Shown here: positions 1 to 13,793 of the stretch, piece after piece | Layout: each line of letters begins with the position of its first letter | How positions within the stretch are numbered: position 1 is the first letter of the stretch | NCBI GenBank assembly: GCA_951406725.2 | Contig: OX597815.1 | Location: 94,612,001 to 94,676,000 of the forward strand | Source: Octopus vulgaris | Lineage: Eukaryota | Direction: 5' to 3' | DNA length: 64,000 nucleotides | Notes under the pieces: model-generated | Databases searched by the model: none | Told to the model about the DNA's origin: nothing | What the model saw: only the letters and a program-made list of their open reading frames with translations | Program-made: the position numbers and the translations under genes

Positions 1-1085
1 ATAGATTCAGGCCTACCAAATCCCTGAGAGTAAAACAAGAAAGATTGCAACTATGCGGAATACTATTAGAAGGCCTAATACGAGGCTATCATAACAGACA
101 CCTGTATTGGGTGGCGTGCTGTAATATAAAGCTCGGAACCAGATTATTATGAAGAGTATCTCGCAACCACACAGTGTTGATTATGTCGTAAGAAACATTA
201 GATGGCCCAGCTTTTTTGTAGAAAACTTATGTCATTTAGCATCAGCATCTGAACTTAAGCTTATTTTGCAGAGTTCACTCTGTATACAAATGCATTCACT
301 AGACTGATGATTTATAAACTCTTGCGTTGGATTTTCTTCTTATCATCCGGCTTACTCATCTCAGAATCTCAGTTAAAGGTGTTTCCCTTACGTTCGTTGA
401 CTATGTAATACATGAAAAATATATTTTGAACTGAAAGAACATCTTAGTATTTCCAGCTGGCAAAAATTATTAGAATAGTGACGAAAAACCTTTTGCAGTG
501 TGGAGTTACGCTTCTCAACTTTGTGATTTCAAATCCCACCTTGTCAATTTTTACCTTTTCACCCTGTGCAGTGGAGATAATGTACCAGTCAATAAATGTA
601 GTAGTATGTAATCAACAATACCCTCTCCAACTAACTATATTAGAAAAATTAGTGCTGCACATCTCTTTCCATGGGAATTTGGTGAATCCTAATTTGATGT
701 AAGAAAGCAATTATTATTGCATGAAAACCGGCTTGACAGATCCAGCTAATTATATTTGACTTATGTCGATACATACAAAATGCAGTCAATAATTCAAAAT
801 ACAGTCGATACGTAAAGAATGTTGTTTAGCAGATGTTGCCTGGAAAATTTCTGGTACATACACTATATGGTCTCTCAACCATGTATTAAACATAGTAGTC
901 AATCTTCCCTCTATCCACAAGATTCTGTTTAAAAAAGAGAGAAAAATATTACAGGTGGATAAAAAGACAACTATATTCTGTGGATTCTGGGCTAACGTGG
1001 TGATGAACAAAAAAGTAAAATATGAATAAGATACACTTAGAAAATCTCCTGCGCATCCCAAATATTACACCCCTTCAGAAAAATT
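1..1085 (-). mobile_element. Heavily decayed Helitron Rep/helicase coding remnant
   Basis: Manual minus-strand reading across frameshifts gives ordered fragments resembling Helitron Rep motifs: GVIFG, IHIL (cf. GLPHAHIL), LIHG..CTRNFP (cf. MIHGPCG..CxKxFP), EMCS (cf. NVExC), GPSN (cf. GPTSF). Many stops. Confidence 0.4.
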
Positions 1086-1118
1086 CTCAGATTTCTATTT
1101 GTTTATATTGTCTGTTAG

Positions 1119-1123
<5 letters not shown>

Positions 1124-1175
<52 letters not shown>

Positions 1176-1177
1176 TA
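1124..1177. repeat. (TA)n microsatellite
   Basis: Directly visible. Confidence 0.95.
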
Positions 1178-1411
1178 AAGTTTGAAAACACTATATAAAA
1201 TAAATTTTAATTTTCTTCAAGATTTTACATCTTTTGGTTCTTCTTGAAAAAACGAACCTTATCAAAAATATTTTTAAAAGTTAAGTGTAATAAAAAAAGT
1301 TCATAATTGTTTCTTACTAGTCTCAGCAGAGTCCACGTGGTAGTATTTTGTGATGGGGGGGGGAGCATAATGGCTGTCTTGTGTGATGACTAGAATCGTT
1401 GGCTGTAATTG

Positions 1412-1413
<2 letters not shown>

Positions 1414-1461
<48 letters not shown>
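1414..1461. repeat. (TA)n microsatellite abutting the LINE 5' end
   Basis: Directly visible. Confidence 0.95.
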
Positions 1462-1463
<2 letters not shown>

Positions 1464-4384
1464 CAGGACAAAGATCCCGTTCCTGAGAGACTTTGTTGCA
1501 TGCAATCAAGCCTTATGCATAGCACTTACAGAAACGCACCTGAAACCGGACATAGCAGATGCGGAGTTACACATACCACAGTATGCTGTACTACGGACCG
1601 ACAGGAAAGAAAGGAGTCATGGAGGTGTTGCTATGTACATCCGTGAGGACCTCACACCCCAGGTCCTCTTGTCATACTCAAACTCGGTGTGTGACACACT
1701 AATTGTACATATTAGGCAACTTGATGTAGTTGTGTGTGCTACATATCGCCCTCCAGATGCCCCAAGCCATGTGGGTAAGTTCGAAGACTGCCTTATAAAA
1801 ATAGAAGAAATTCTAACCACATTAGAATAACACATAGGTGTACTTCTTATGGGAGACTTCAATCTGCCCAATGTCAGATGGCCCGAGGGCCTTTCTCTCC
1901 CAGGAATGACAAGATGTGAACGAGGACAGGCGAGGTCCCTCCTGAACCTCATCAACACCCTGTACATGGAGCAGGTAATACTCCAACCAACCAGGGCAGG
2001 TAACACACTGGATCTCTGCTTCACAAATGACATGGATCTCATCCATAATGTGAAAGTGACACCGACACTACTCTCGGATCACAACATGATAGAGCTGACC
2101 ATGTACGGGCCAAAAGAGAGCACGGACATGCAGCCTACAAGAAACCCTCAAAATCTTTCCAGCTTGAACTACCATAAGGCAAACTGGAAACAAATTGAGA
2201 AAGAGATCCTCAAACAAAACTGGCCTGAATGTCTCTCCTCGCCAGACATCGACGTGAAACTTCAACAATTCATGTCTGTAATGCAAGCCATATGCTACAA
2301 ATGTGTCCCAGAGAGAAAGGCCACTGTACACAAGAACAAAATCCCCAGAGAGAGGAAAAATTTTAATGAGACGGCGTACGAAATTTTCAAATCGCCTAAA
2401 CAAACAGATTGAAAGCAGTGAAAAGTCCCGCCTAAAAATAAAACTGTTGGAAATCGAAAAATGTCTGCAACTCTCCCATGAAAAAGAAAGAGCAGACAAA
2501 GAAGCCTGGGCTATAGAAAACATAAAATCTAACCCCAGAGCTTTCTACAGGTATGCCAAAGAAACAGCTACAGTGCACTGTAGAATAGGGCCACTCCTTG
2601 AAAAGGATGGCACACTTACAGGAAAACCAATGAGGGTAAGTGAAATACTGAATGAGCAATTCAAGAGTGTTTTCACTCCACCCCTTGGACATCTCCAAAT
2701 CACCAATCCAACTGACTTTTTTACCACTGCAGATATAAAATCAGAGGTGGCGACGATAGATTACATCGATATAAAGGAAGACGATGTAACCAAGGCTATA
2801 GATGAAATGAAAAAAGACTCAGCTACTGGCCCCGATGGATTCCCGGCAATCCTCCTAAAAGCATGTAAGAGAGTCCTAGCAAGACCACTGCAGTTCCTCT
2901 TTCAGAGCTTCCTTGCAGCTGGCAAACTTCCAGGAAAACTGAAGGAAGGTAAAATATGCCCCATTCATAAAGGAGGTAGCAGAGCGGAAGCCAAGAACTA
3001 TAGACCTATCTCTCTGACCTCACACATCAGCAAGGTCATGGAACGAATAGTCAGAAGGAAGCTGATCACCTTCCTTGAAGAGAATGACTTGCTGCCCGAC
3101 ACCCAACATGGTTTCCGACCAGGGAGAAGCTGTTTAACTCAGCTCCTACAACACTATGACTGGGTGCTGAAACGGCTGCTCAACCACTCAAATGTGGAAG
3201 TGATATATCTCGACTTTGCAAAGGCCTTTGATAAAGTCGATCATGGAATGATATGTCACAAACTGCGTGATCTCAACATAGTTGGAAAACTGGGAGAATG
3301 GCTTCATGACTTTCTGAAGGATAGAAGTCAGGTGGTAGTAGCCAATGGGGCCACCTCCATTAACACACAAATAGTGAGTGGTGTTCCGCAGGGCACTGTA
3401 TTGGGACCACTACTGTTCATAATCGCCCTCTCAGACATGCCCTCAGCCACGCAGAGAGCCACGATCACAAGTTATGCAGATGATACAAAAGTCTCACAGG
3501 CAATACAGAACCCTGAGGACACTAAACACCTGCAATGTGAGCTGGACGAAATATACAAGTGGGCTGAAAAGAATAGCATGCAGTTCAATGCTGGAAAGTT
3601 TCAAGCTTTATACTATCAGCATGCAAAACTGAATGCAATACCCAATGAATACACTGGACCCGGAGGGATTGCAATCCCAGAGGCACAATCAGTGCGTGAC
3701 CTTGGTATTCACATGAGTGATAACGCGACCTTTCATGTACATGTTGCTAAACTGACAATGAAATGTAGACGGCTGGCTGGATGGATTCTTAGAACCTTTA
3801 GAACAAGAGAACAAGAAACCATGATGGTCCTCTGGAAGACACTTGTCCTAAGCCACTTTGACTATTGCTCTCAGCTATGGTCACCATCCAGTGTCAAGTT
3901 GATCACAGAACTTGAGGCGATCCAACGAAGCTACACAAAGAAGATAGCCTCTATGCAGAATGTAAGCTACTGGGAAAGACTCAAGAGATTAAAATTATAT
4001 TCCCTGGAGCGTAGGCGGGAAAGATATGCCATAATATACATCTGGAAGATCCTGGAGGGAAGTGTCCTGAACTTTGGCATCGAGAGTTACGCAAATGCCA
4101 GAACTGGGCGCCACTGCGTGGTGCCTAGGACTCCAAACCTGCCATCAAGATGTAGGACAAGATTCTGTGATAGCCTGGGCTTCCGAGGCCCACAGCTCTT
4201 CAATATCCTCCCGAAGAACCTGAGAGACCTGCATGGGGTGGATACAGATGTCTTTAAAATGAAGCTGGATCTCTTCCTGTCAGGTGTCCCAGATGAACCA
4301 ACTTCACGGCAGGAGGGGCAGATGAGGGCAGCTGCATCGAACTCTCTCATGCACCAAATAGCAGTTGCTAGAAAGCCTCCATGA
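1462..4384 (+). pseudogene. LINE ORF2 (APE-RT) with one nonsense codon (1828-1830) and one frameshift (~2355-2360)
   Basis: ORFs 1399..1830, 1849..2412 and 2303..4384 join into one protein. Copy 2 has Gln at the stop position (KLEQH vs TLE*H) and an unbroken RERKILIRRRT across the frameshift. Confidence 0.9.
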
Positions 4385-4476
4385 AGTGAAACCAAGTAGC
4401 AACACCAAATGGCGGTGCCCCAGCATGGCCACAGCTCATAAGCTGAAACTAGAATCAATCAATCAATCAATCAATC
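1462..4476 (+). mobile_element. 5'-truncated CR1/L2-group LINE (APE endonuclease + RT), copy 1, with (AATC)n tail
   Basis: APE motifs (LTETHL, GGVAMY, YRPP, GDFN, LDL, SDH) and RT motifs (NYRPISL, QHGFR, LDFAKAFD, GVPQG, YADD, YCSQLWSP). 3' UTR stem-loop at 4411-4449; AATC tail at 4453-4476. Confidence 0.95.
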
Positions 4477-4481
4477 ATATA

Positions 4482-5714
4482 TCAGGTCCGAATTTTTAAT
4501 AAAGAAAAAAAGTGATGAAATGTTATATTTAATTGAAATTTAATCATCAATGTACTTTCCCTGATTATCCTTGACTTTCTTCCATCTAATTACAAGCTTT
4601 TTAATCCCATCAATATAAAACTCTTTTGGTTTCAAAGTGAAGAACACTCAAATGTCAGTTTCGACCTCCTCCTGGCTTGGGAAAGTTATGTCCCCCAAAT
4701 GATTGTGTAAACTACGAAACAAATAGTAGTCTGAGGGAGCAACGTCGGGAGAATAAGGTGGATGAGGAATATTTTTTCCCAACCAAGCTCTTCGATCTAT
4801 TGTGATGTGATATTTGCAGTGTGGGGTCGCGCATTGTCCTGATGAAACATCACTTCTTTTCGATTCACTAAAGCGGGTCGTTTTTTCTTCAAAGTTTGGT
4901 TCAAACGCTCTAGTTGCTTGTAGTAGACTTGAGCATTGATTGTTGCATTAGGTGGTAACAATTCAAAATGAATTACTCCTTCGCAATCCCACCAGATAGA
5001 GAGAAGAACCTTTTTGAAGCTCCCTTCTCGGTTGTGGTCGAGCTTATTCTTTTTTTACCAAGCCACTGCTTACGACATTTAACATTTCGATAGAAGATCC
5101 ATTTTTTGTCACTAGTCACAAGTCTATACAAAAAGGGTGAAATGAGTTCGCAAGAATGGAGAGAAGAGAAGATGTTAACTCGGGATTTGCAGTTGCTTTC
5201 GGACAATTCATGAGGCACCCATTTTCCAAGTTTAGGAACCTTTCCAAGTTGTTGAAGATGACGATGAACAGTTGTATGGCCAATTCTTCAACTGATAATG
5301 CATGATTTTCTTCAAGTAATGCCTCAAGGAACTTATCAAACTCATCTGGACGTCCTGTTCTATCTTCATCTTCAAAGCTGAAATCTCCAGTTCTGAATTT
5401 TGCAAACCATCTTCTGCAAGTTCTTTCATTCAAGCATTCTTTCCTATAAGCGAGTTGCTTCGGCTGCAGAGTTTCCTTCTTTCTACTCATAAAGCATTAT
5501 GTGCCTCAAATGCTCTTTGGATACTTTCATGTTAGAAAGGGTTTTAATCAAAGAAATTTTAATTCTATTAATCTGTAAAATAATATTTAATTAGTTTAAA
5601 TGTACACAAATGCATAAAAATAATTATTAATTCCATTAGACATTCTAAAATACTATTAAATTTCATTCAATTTTAAAAAAGGTAAAGTCGGACAGAACTC
5701 ATGGGATGACCTGA
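4482..5714 (-). mobile_element. mariner-family DNA transposon with decayed transposase, TA at both flanks
   Basis: Minus-strand motifs WVPHEL, TSDKKW, HQDNARPH, PHPPYSPDVAPSDY. Ends TA|TCAGGTC...GACCTGA|TA. Confidence 0.92.
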
Positions 5715-5849
5715 TATAAAGTAATTTACCCTCGAAACAATAACATAGTAAGGTAAATGTTAGCCTTGCGAAAATTATTCTGACAACGCATTATTATTTT
5801 CTTTTACTTGTGCTTTGAGGAGGGATTATTAGTCATGGTCATTGCAGGC

Positions 5850-7250
5850 TGTCAAGGACTGGTGCCATTAATGTTTCGTTTAAAATGATGCAAATCAACA
5901 GCTGCTGCAAAGACATAAGCAAAAAGATTTCAGAGGGACGGCACTGGGGAGGAAGGACTGGAGAATATTTGGTGTGGAGCCGAGGGTGTTTGAATTGCAC
6001 AAAAATGATGATAAGTGGAGAGACGAGTGGGTGGTAGGTACCTGAGTGGGAGAGCCAAGTCTGAAACCAGCCAAGTCCGAGGGACAGAAGTTTTTATAGA
6101 CGTTAAAGTGTCGATTGAAATGAAGAGAAGACAACACGTCTGCCTGGAGCTTGTCTATAAATATTCATAAAAGGCTGAATCACTTATTCAAGTGGCTCAT
6201 CTCTGATTTCTGTCTACATATTAGCAGCATTCTCTCGATGTAGGTCCTGCACTATATTGTAGGGCTCACTTGAGCGTTGAGGAGTATCAGTTAATGGAAT
6301 GGAGGGTGATATTTTTCTGGTCGTAAAGCAAGGGGGCGAACGCTGGGATGCGGTTCTAGAAATACTATAGATGTGCAATACCAGGTGAGATACTTAGTGA
6401 TATTGAGGATCATCATTTGGTGCGACTGTGAGCGCCATTGATGCTTAGTGGTGGTGTGTAGTGCGATGGTACTTTCTTAAGGGTAGTACTTGACATTTTT
6501 GCTGTTACAAGTAATACGGTCGACATAGCATCATTGGAGGACTGGTGTTCAAGCTGCATGTGGATGATGCATGGTTGGGGAAATTAGGGAAGAATGAAGG
6601 ATTGAATCTTTAGCATTGTTGCACATAGCAATGTAGGTATTTGATGTATAGAATAAATAGGGTCAGGTAAAGCGCTACTGATCTACAGAGTTGATTGAAA
6701 ATGAAATTGAAAGAGTTTCTTCAACACATGTCGTGGTGCTATTTAATAGAAGGCTACATATCCAAAACTTGGGAAATGAATGAAAGTCATAGACGGAAAG
6801 TTTTATTAGGTGATTCGCATGTCAGGTATAGTTGAAAGCCTTGGTAATGTCCAGGGCAACAATATATTTTTTCACCGAACTTGCCTAATACGAAAGTCCA
6901 TTGGTGAGTGACATTAACATGTCGAACGCCAATAATCTCTTTCTGTGGAAGCCGTTCAAGTCAATGTGGTGAGTGAGATTCAAACTGTTGGGAGTCTGTC
7001 ATTGTTAATGACTATCTCCATTATCTTAGAGATATTACAGATGAAGGTAACATGATGAGAGTTAGCTGTATCAGAAGAGTTGCCGTTCTTTGCAAAAGGA
7101 CACACTTAAACATGACCTAAACATTAGGTTATACCCTTTAAGAGAGTTAGATTAAAGATTTTAGTGACTTTAGGAGGAAGTTCTGAGGCATGAGTGTAAA
7201 GAAAGGACTTCAGTGTAAGGGAAAGTCTCAGGTATAATTAGGATGCTGCT
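5850..7250 (-). mobile_element. Old degenerate LINE RT remnant (Jockey/L2/CR1 group)
   Basis: Minus-strand VCPFAKNGNSSDTANSHHVTFICNISKIME, VALDITKAF, NAQVSPT, QSFLP. Confidence 0.75.
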
Positions 7251-7254
7251 CCTA

Positions 7255-7660
7255 TAATGAGGATGATAAACTTATGATGACGATAACGATGATGACTGTG
7301 GTGATGTTAATTATGACGGTGGTGGTGCTTTGATAAAGTTAGTAGTCATAATAGTCATGATGATGATAATGATGGTGGTAGTGATAAGGATTATAATATT
7401 GAAGGTGGTGATGATGATGATTGGGAGGATGGGGTGAGGAGATGTTGGTGAAGATGATGAGTTTGGCGCTACTGCTGAAGCTAATTATGCTGATGGTGGC
7501 GATAATGATGATTAAAATGATGATGATGATGATGATGATAATAACTATGATGAAGGAAGGTGGCTTTTGAAGTAGTGGTGTTGATGGCGTTCATGCTGCT
7601 GAGGATGAGTTTAATGATAGTAGTGGTGGTGGCGGTGTTCTGCTGCTGACGTTGATGCCT
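7255..7660. repeat. Degenerate (GAT/GGT)n low-complexity tract
   Basis: Directly visible. Confidence 0.85.
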
Positions 7661-8454
7661 ATATTTCGTCTACAGAACATATTTGATAGTATTTCATTTT
7701 ATTACTGCAGTCTGTTGCCCGATAGCTCACACTTAACACATGATTAGTCAGTGTTATTGATTAAACACTTTCCTATGTGTTGACTCAATCAAATTAGTGT
7801 CCAGTACAATAACAGCAATCAACTCCTAATTACAATATTTCTCATCAACTGTTTTCCATTTCATTTCCAATGCTGTTCACTTTTACCGACTTAATAATTG
7901 TTTCGACAACCTGTGCATCATCGACAACATTCTGTTTTCTTTCCCTCTCATGGTTATATCGACGCTGTAATAATCGTATCGACAAGATGTTCACTTTACA
8001 ATCACGTGGGTCTCAGCTTGATTTTACTGCGCACCACATAAGCCAAGTATTTTCTACTATAACCTAGATTCAATCCACGTCTTGTGGGTGAAATTTGGTG
8101 AATGAAAACAGTTGGGATGCATCATTTCTATCAAACAGGCTTGATTCATCGCCAGATATTATGTTACAACCTGATTATAAGAGATATTTTAGCTGGGTCT
8201 ATTATGTTTAAATCATTCGGGTCAGGATATCGTTTCTTGTCTCACGAATCCATGAACACATATTGTTTCAAGTCACTTGCTAGACTTCTATAACTCTACA
8301 ATCTTTCTATTCTATCGGAAACTGGTTAGTTCGAGGATAACTTGTACTTTCTCATAAAGCTAAGTTATCAGTTTCACCAAAGGTTTCAAATGGAAATTTG
8401 TAGTATATGTTGCAGTCTAACTCTAAGTCAGCTCTGGGTCAATAAGCTTACAAT

Positions 8455-8601
8455 TCAATTCAATTCAATTTTTATTGACTCAAAAAGCAAAAGCAAGACC
8501 ATGTAGGGGGACAAGGAGTTATGTACAGAGAGGGTGGTCATACAAAGAGTTCAGGCCATTTCTGTTCAAGAGAGACTTTGAACCGAGCTGTCGTCGGTTC
8601 A
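8455..8601 (-). mobile_element. ~150-bp retroposed 3'-end fragment with AATAAA, (TTGAA)n tail and 11-bp TSD
   Basis: AAGCTTACAAT at 8444-8454 and 8602-8612; minus strand ends ...TCAATAAAATTGAATTGAA. Confidence 0.75.
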
Positions 8602-8624
8602 AAGCTTACAATCAAAAACGTCTC

Positions 8625-8700
8625 TGATATGTTTGGTAGGTCCTTGATATGTTTGGTAGGTCCTTGATATTTTTGATAGGTCCTTGATATGTTTGGCAGG
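8625..8700. repeat. 20-bp minisatellite TGATATGTTTGGTAGGTCCT, ~4 copies
   Basis: Head-to-tail units visible, no spacers. Confidence 0.9.
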
Positions 8701-9339
8701 TTCGTTTGATTAAAGTGAAGTGAAATAGTTACAAAAGATTATCAAAACAAGTTATTATACTCGATCATTTCAGAATGTCCTGAAAATGATTAAAAATAGA
8801 CATTTAGACATGAGTTATGTTACAACATAAATTTATGTTATGTTACAACATAAGTGAAACAGAAGTTGTCAGTGGCTACTCTCAGTTATTTCTCTCAGCT
8901 CATTTTTGTTTAACTTAATCGGAATACCTGGGCCATAAATATGTTCAATTTGTTCATAAATATATTCTTTTTGTATAAGTCCCTTGGCTACTGCAGATCA
9001 GTTAAGACGATTGTTAAGCTGATGATGCCTATTAAGACAAATACATGCGTTCATGATTGTCCTCTCTATCTCCCGACAACAAACCTTACGTATTTTTAAT
9101 GGCATGTCAACTCTCCAGAATTCATAATATTATCTCCCTTTCTCATATGGAGCTTGTCTTAATTACCATTTATTAATTATAACACATCCTCTAGAAGTGG
9201 AGATTATATTAATAGATCAAAAGTTTTGTGTGGCATTTTATATACCTGCATTTGTACATGTTGTTCAAAGATATTCCACTGACCACTCCCAGAAGTTAGG
9301 TTGTTGCACAGGATCAGTTCCGTTACCGTTGTGTTTTGA

Positions 9340-9525
9340 GCCAAAGTCTTAATTTTATGGTGGTTAAGTCCATTCAGGTGTAAATGAGACCCAACAATAA
9401 CTGGAAAGATAAAACTACGACAGACGGACGAAGGAAAAGTATCATAATCGCAGGGACTTATACACCATGGAAATCTGGTTAAGCTCCGGCCTTATGAGTC
9501 CTAGGGCTCGCGACAGACCTAACAC
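9340..9525 (+). mobile_element. Decayed SINE 3' half with L2-like tail
   Basis: CAGGTGTAAATG core and AAGCTCCGGCCTTATGAGTCC..GGCTCG..CAGAC tail resemble invertebrate SINE ends (recalled, not searched). Confidence 0.4.
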
Positions 9526-9559
9526 GGTTTATATATAATATATAATATATATAAATATA

Positions 9560-9608
<49 letters not shown>

Positions 9609-9831
9609 TTAAAATGAGCGTGAGAAATAGGATATTAATTTAATTAACATCAATTTAATTAACATCAATTTTACACCTGTGAAATACACACACACACACA
9701 CACATATATATACACATATATGTACAATTAAATAATGAGGGTAGAAATTGATATTAATCAATTAAAACCAGTGGCTTAGCAAATTTTAAAAAATCCGAAT
9801 GTTAAAAATTATTTTAATCTTCGAATTTAAA

Positions 9832-9908
<77 letters not shown>

Positions 9909-10599
9909 TGTATACATACACACATACATACACGCATAAACGCATTCATAATACACACACACTCATAAAACACACTCACATGTATACGTATGTATATATA
10001 ATCACAAATTCCTCAAAAACGGAATTAATATTGTTCGGACTGATGAAATCAATTAAATGTATCTAGAAGTTTAAGCTGCCATCATTTTGGAACTTAATTT
10101 TATATTATCTATTAATAGAAAATCCTTGCTATCAGAATTTAGTATTGCAGTACACTTATGGAGTTTCAGAATGATAATCAAGCGTCTCTTTTGGAACCAA
10201 TTAATCACCCGTATTTCTTTTGTAACCAATTAATCACCCGTATTTCTCCGGTTGTCTCGGTTATTGCAAGTTGAAAGACTGTTAACGTCTATAATTTTCA
10301 TGCAACACTAGCTAAAAAAGATAATTACCAATCAAATTCTTATATTTATTATCGAATATTCTTTAACATTCTTCGACAACGAAGGAGCAAACACGGTACT
10401 CTCGACAACATTTGATATTGCAATATTTGATATTGAAAATAGTGTCAACAATAATGGCGTCCCTTTTGAAGTTTTGCTCAAATTCCAGGATAACATTGGT
10501 TATTTTGTCAAGTATTCTACGGTCAGTTATCGCTAAGATGGGCGGTTAAGGAAGACGGGATGCGTTAGAACTCCTTTGGTGATATTTGGTGTTGATATT

Positions 10600-10920
10600 G
10601 GTCTTTAAATGACTATTTGGAGGTGTCAAGATAAACCCTAATACCTTCTAACGACAATGTGTGGAGTATTGAAATGTGCGGTTCGTTTAGAACTGCTCTG
10701 ATTCTCAGAACAACTACACTTCTGAAATAAATTGGGCTCAGTGTATTGTCCAAGGAAGAAAAAGTTATACCATGGTAAATGCTTCTGAAAGAAGAAAACA
10801 GGAATTGTTGCAAATGCCGCCTCACTGAAGTTATCAGTTCTTTACTTCTGATGAGGCAACGTTACCGAGATGGAAGAGTTTCACTCATGAAGCCCGTTCT
10901 TCACGTCTCGTTATAGTAGA
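10600..10920 (+). mobile_element. Very decayed PLE GIY-YIG C-terminal remnant
   Basis: SFRT..TTLLK*IG and NRNCCKCRLTE parallel the SF..TxLS.. and CxLCxxE motifs at 21.1-21.4 kb and 36.2-36.4 kb. Confidence 0.35.
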
Positions 10921-11330
10921 ACATCGAATATATGAGGGAGTGATATATGGCTGGACGATAATCTGCGAAGAGATTAATTCGCTACGGAACGAAGACCCAC
11001 CAAAACATCGGGCAAGTGTGGACTGCAGCCATATGGTATCAGAAAAGTAACGTTAATATGACATGACAAATAGAAGTAGATTTCACTGCCAAAATTTGCA
11101 ATAGATCCACTGTGAAGGAAAGTTTGATTAAATCTGAAACTGATGCATATTATAAATTGTTGGATAACATTTTAGCAACCGGGGCCGTGTTTCCGATGAA
11201 CTTTGTTTCTGATGATGGGAATAGATGTGGGTGCGGATCAAGAAAGTTATTCAAGAAAATACTACATTTAAAAATCAGGTACAGAAAGTGAAGGGAGATC
11301 CTCTTCTTTGGAATGAAAATAAACAAAATC

Positions 11331-11651
11331 TATAACTATATTCCAACAGTAAGTCAAACAGCGTAGCATTTAATTAGGTGACTGTTTCAGAAAATATTAA
11401 AAAAATGTGAGTAATGAATGTATTTGTTCCGTTTAGTTTTTTGACTTTAAAGAAGCGATAAGTAAACATTTCGGTTAATATTTCAAAGGATTCGTAGTAC
11501 TTTTGCAATAAGAAATTGCAAACGGGATTCACACTTCAGATTTCTCAGCACAGATTTTGCATTGGAGTGATATGATTTATATCTTCAATGGAATGAAAAT
11601 CCAGTCACAAGACAAACTCTCAGCTTCAGATTCAATAAAAAGGCTATATAT

Positions 11652-11704
<53 letters not shown>

Positions 11705-11788
11705 CAGATATATACGTTTGTGTGTACATACATATACATACACATATAGACATACATATATTTATATACATACACATATAGATATATG

Positions 11789-11851
<63 letters not shown>

Positions 11852-12108
11852 GTATATGTATAACAGAAATATTGAACTCATTGTAGCTATCTCATTATTA
11901 AACAATTTGTATGGCTTCCATATAAATGATTCTTATAAATATATTGCAGCAGCAGTAAGTCAAACAGCGTAGCATTTAATTAGATTACTGTTTCAAAAAT
12001 AATAAAAAAATGTGAGTAATGAATGTATTTGTTCCGTTTAGTTTTTGACTTTAAAGAAGCGATAAGTAAACATTTCGGTTAATATTTCAAAGGATTCGTA
12101 CTAGTTTT
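11331..12108 (+). repeat. ~170-bp direct repeat pair (11331-11504 and 11934-12108)
   Basis: CAGTAAGTCAAACAGCGTAGC...CAAAGGATTCGTA nearly identical in both copies. Confidence 0.9.
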
Positions 12109-13115
12109 GTTTTTGTTCTGTAATTTCTCTAAAATTACATATCAGTAATTATGAATTTTAAATATTGTTTTTATCAAAGAGTAATGTTTCACAAGATCAG
12201 GTCTTTCGAAGCGTTTAGCAGCAGATCAGAGACAAACGTTTCTAGAATATTATTGAAGTATACTAGCCTCATTTGAATCTATGATTAAAAGATTTGCAGC
12301 CGTGAAGCTGGGCTGCTTAATGTGTCTTCCCTTGCTTGAAACGGTGGCGGTTTATTTGCAATTTCTGTCAAGTTGTGGGTCTACATAGACGCTGCCATGT
12401 TAACGCCTATGCAACCAACCTTATTCAAAAGCAATCAATATGTATTCTGTTTCAATGATATTATTGCCACTATCACCAAAAAATGTGGTTCGGGACTCAC
12501 ATATATTCTCACGAAGAACATCTGTAAGTTCTCAATCAAAGATTATACTAATTGTTATCTCTCATTGTTGTTTATAAATGGTGGTCAATCTTCATCAAGT
12601 AGATTCTAGCCATGACCATCATGTCGTCTTGTATGTCTACAAATAAAGTTCAAATGCGTCTTTCAATTTTCAGCTAGTAGAACATGATTTAAGATCGATG
12701 GTCCTGCTGCTTCTAACTAAGGCAAAGTGAGCTACATCATAGTGGCTCACTTATTGAATTGCTTTTTAATTGCATCTGGGTAAAGTTTAGCTAACTATAC
12801 ATTTTAACTAATGTAAGGTTTGATTATCTGAAAACAAACGTCAGAGTGGAAGTGAAAGGTTTTAACTGGCTTAAGCAAAAAACGCAGACGCAAGTACAGA
12901 GCAAATAATATGCTTAGAGAAGTCACACTTCCAAGTAACGTTTTTGAAATGGCTTAATACTTGTTACCTTAACTGTCATATCACCAATCACTACGACTTT
13001 GGATTCACTTGCACCACATCATTCAATATCTGAGTTCTGTCCATTAAAAGTCATCCACACTATTTTTAATGTCTATCTATTATGACTTCGGATAGTAAAA
13101 AATATCAGCATCATT

Positions 13116-13793
<678 letters not shown>

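Noticed and set aside
8625-8700. 20-bp repeats as a CRISPR array
   Set aside because: No spacers, no cas genes, eukaryotic context; it is a minisatellite
9014-9058. CTGATGATGCC..ACATGCGTT possible decayed hammerhead
   Set aside because: GAAA is lost and stems are mismatched; too decayed to call
10848-10880. CTGATGA-GGCAACGTTACC-GAGA as a hammerhead
   Set aside because: GAAA and NUH/stem I are missing, and it lies inside a decayed coding remnant
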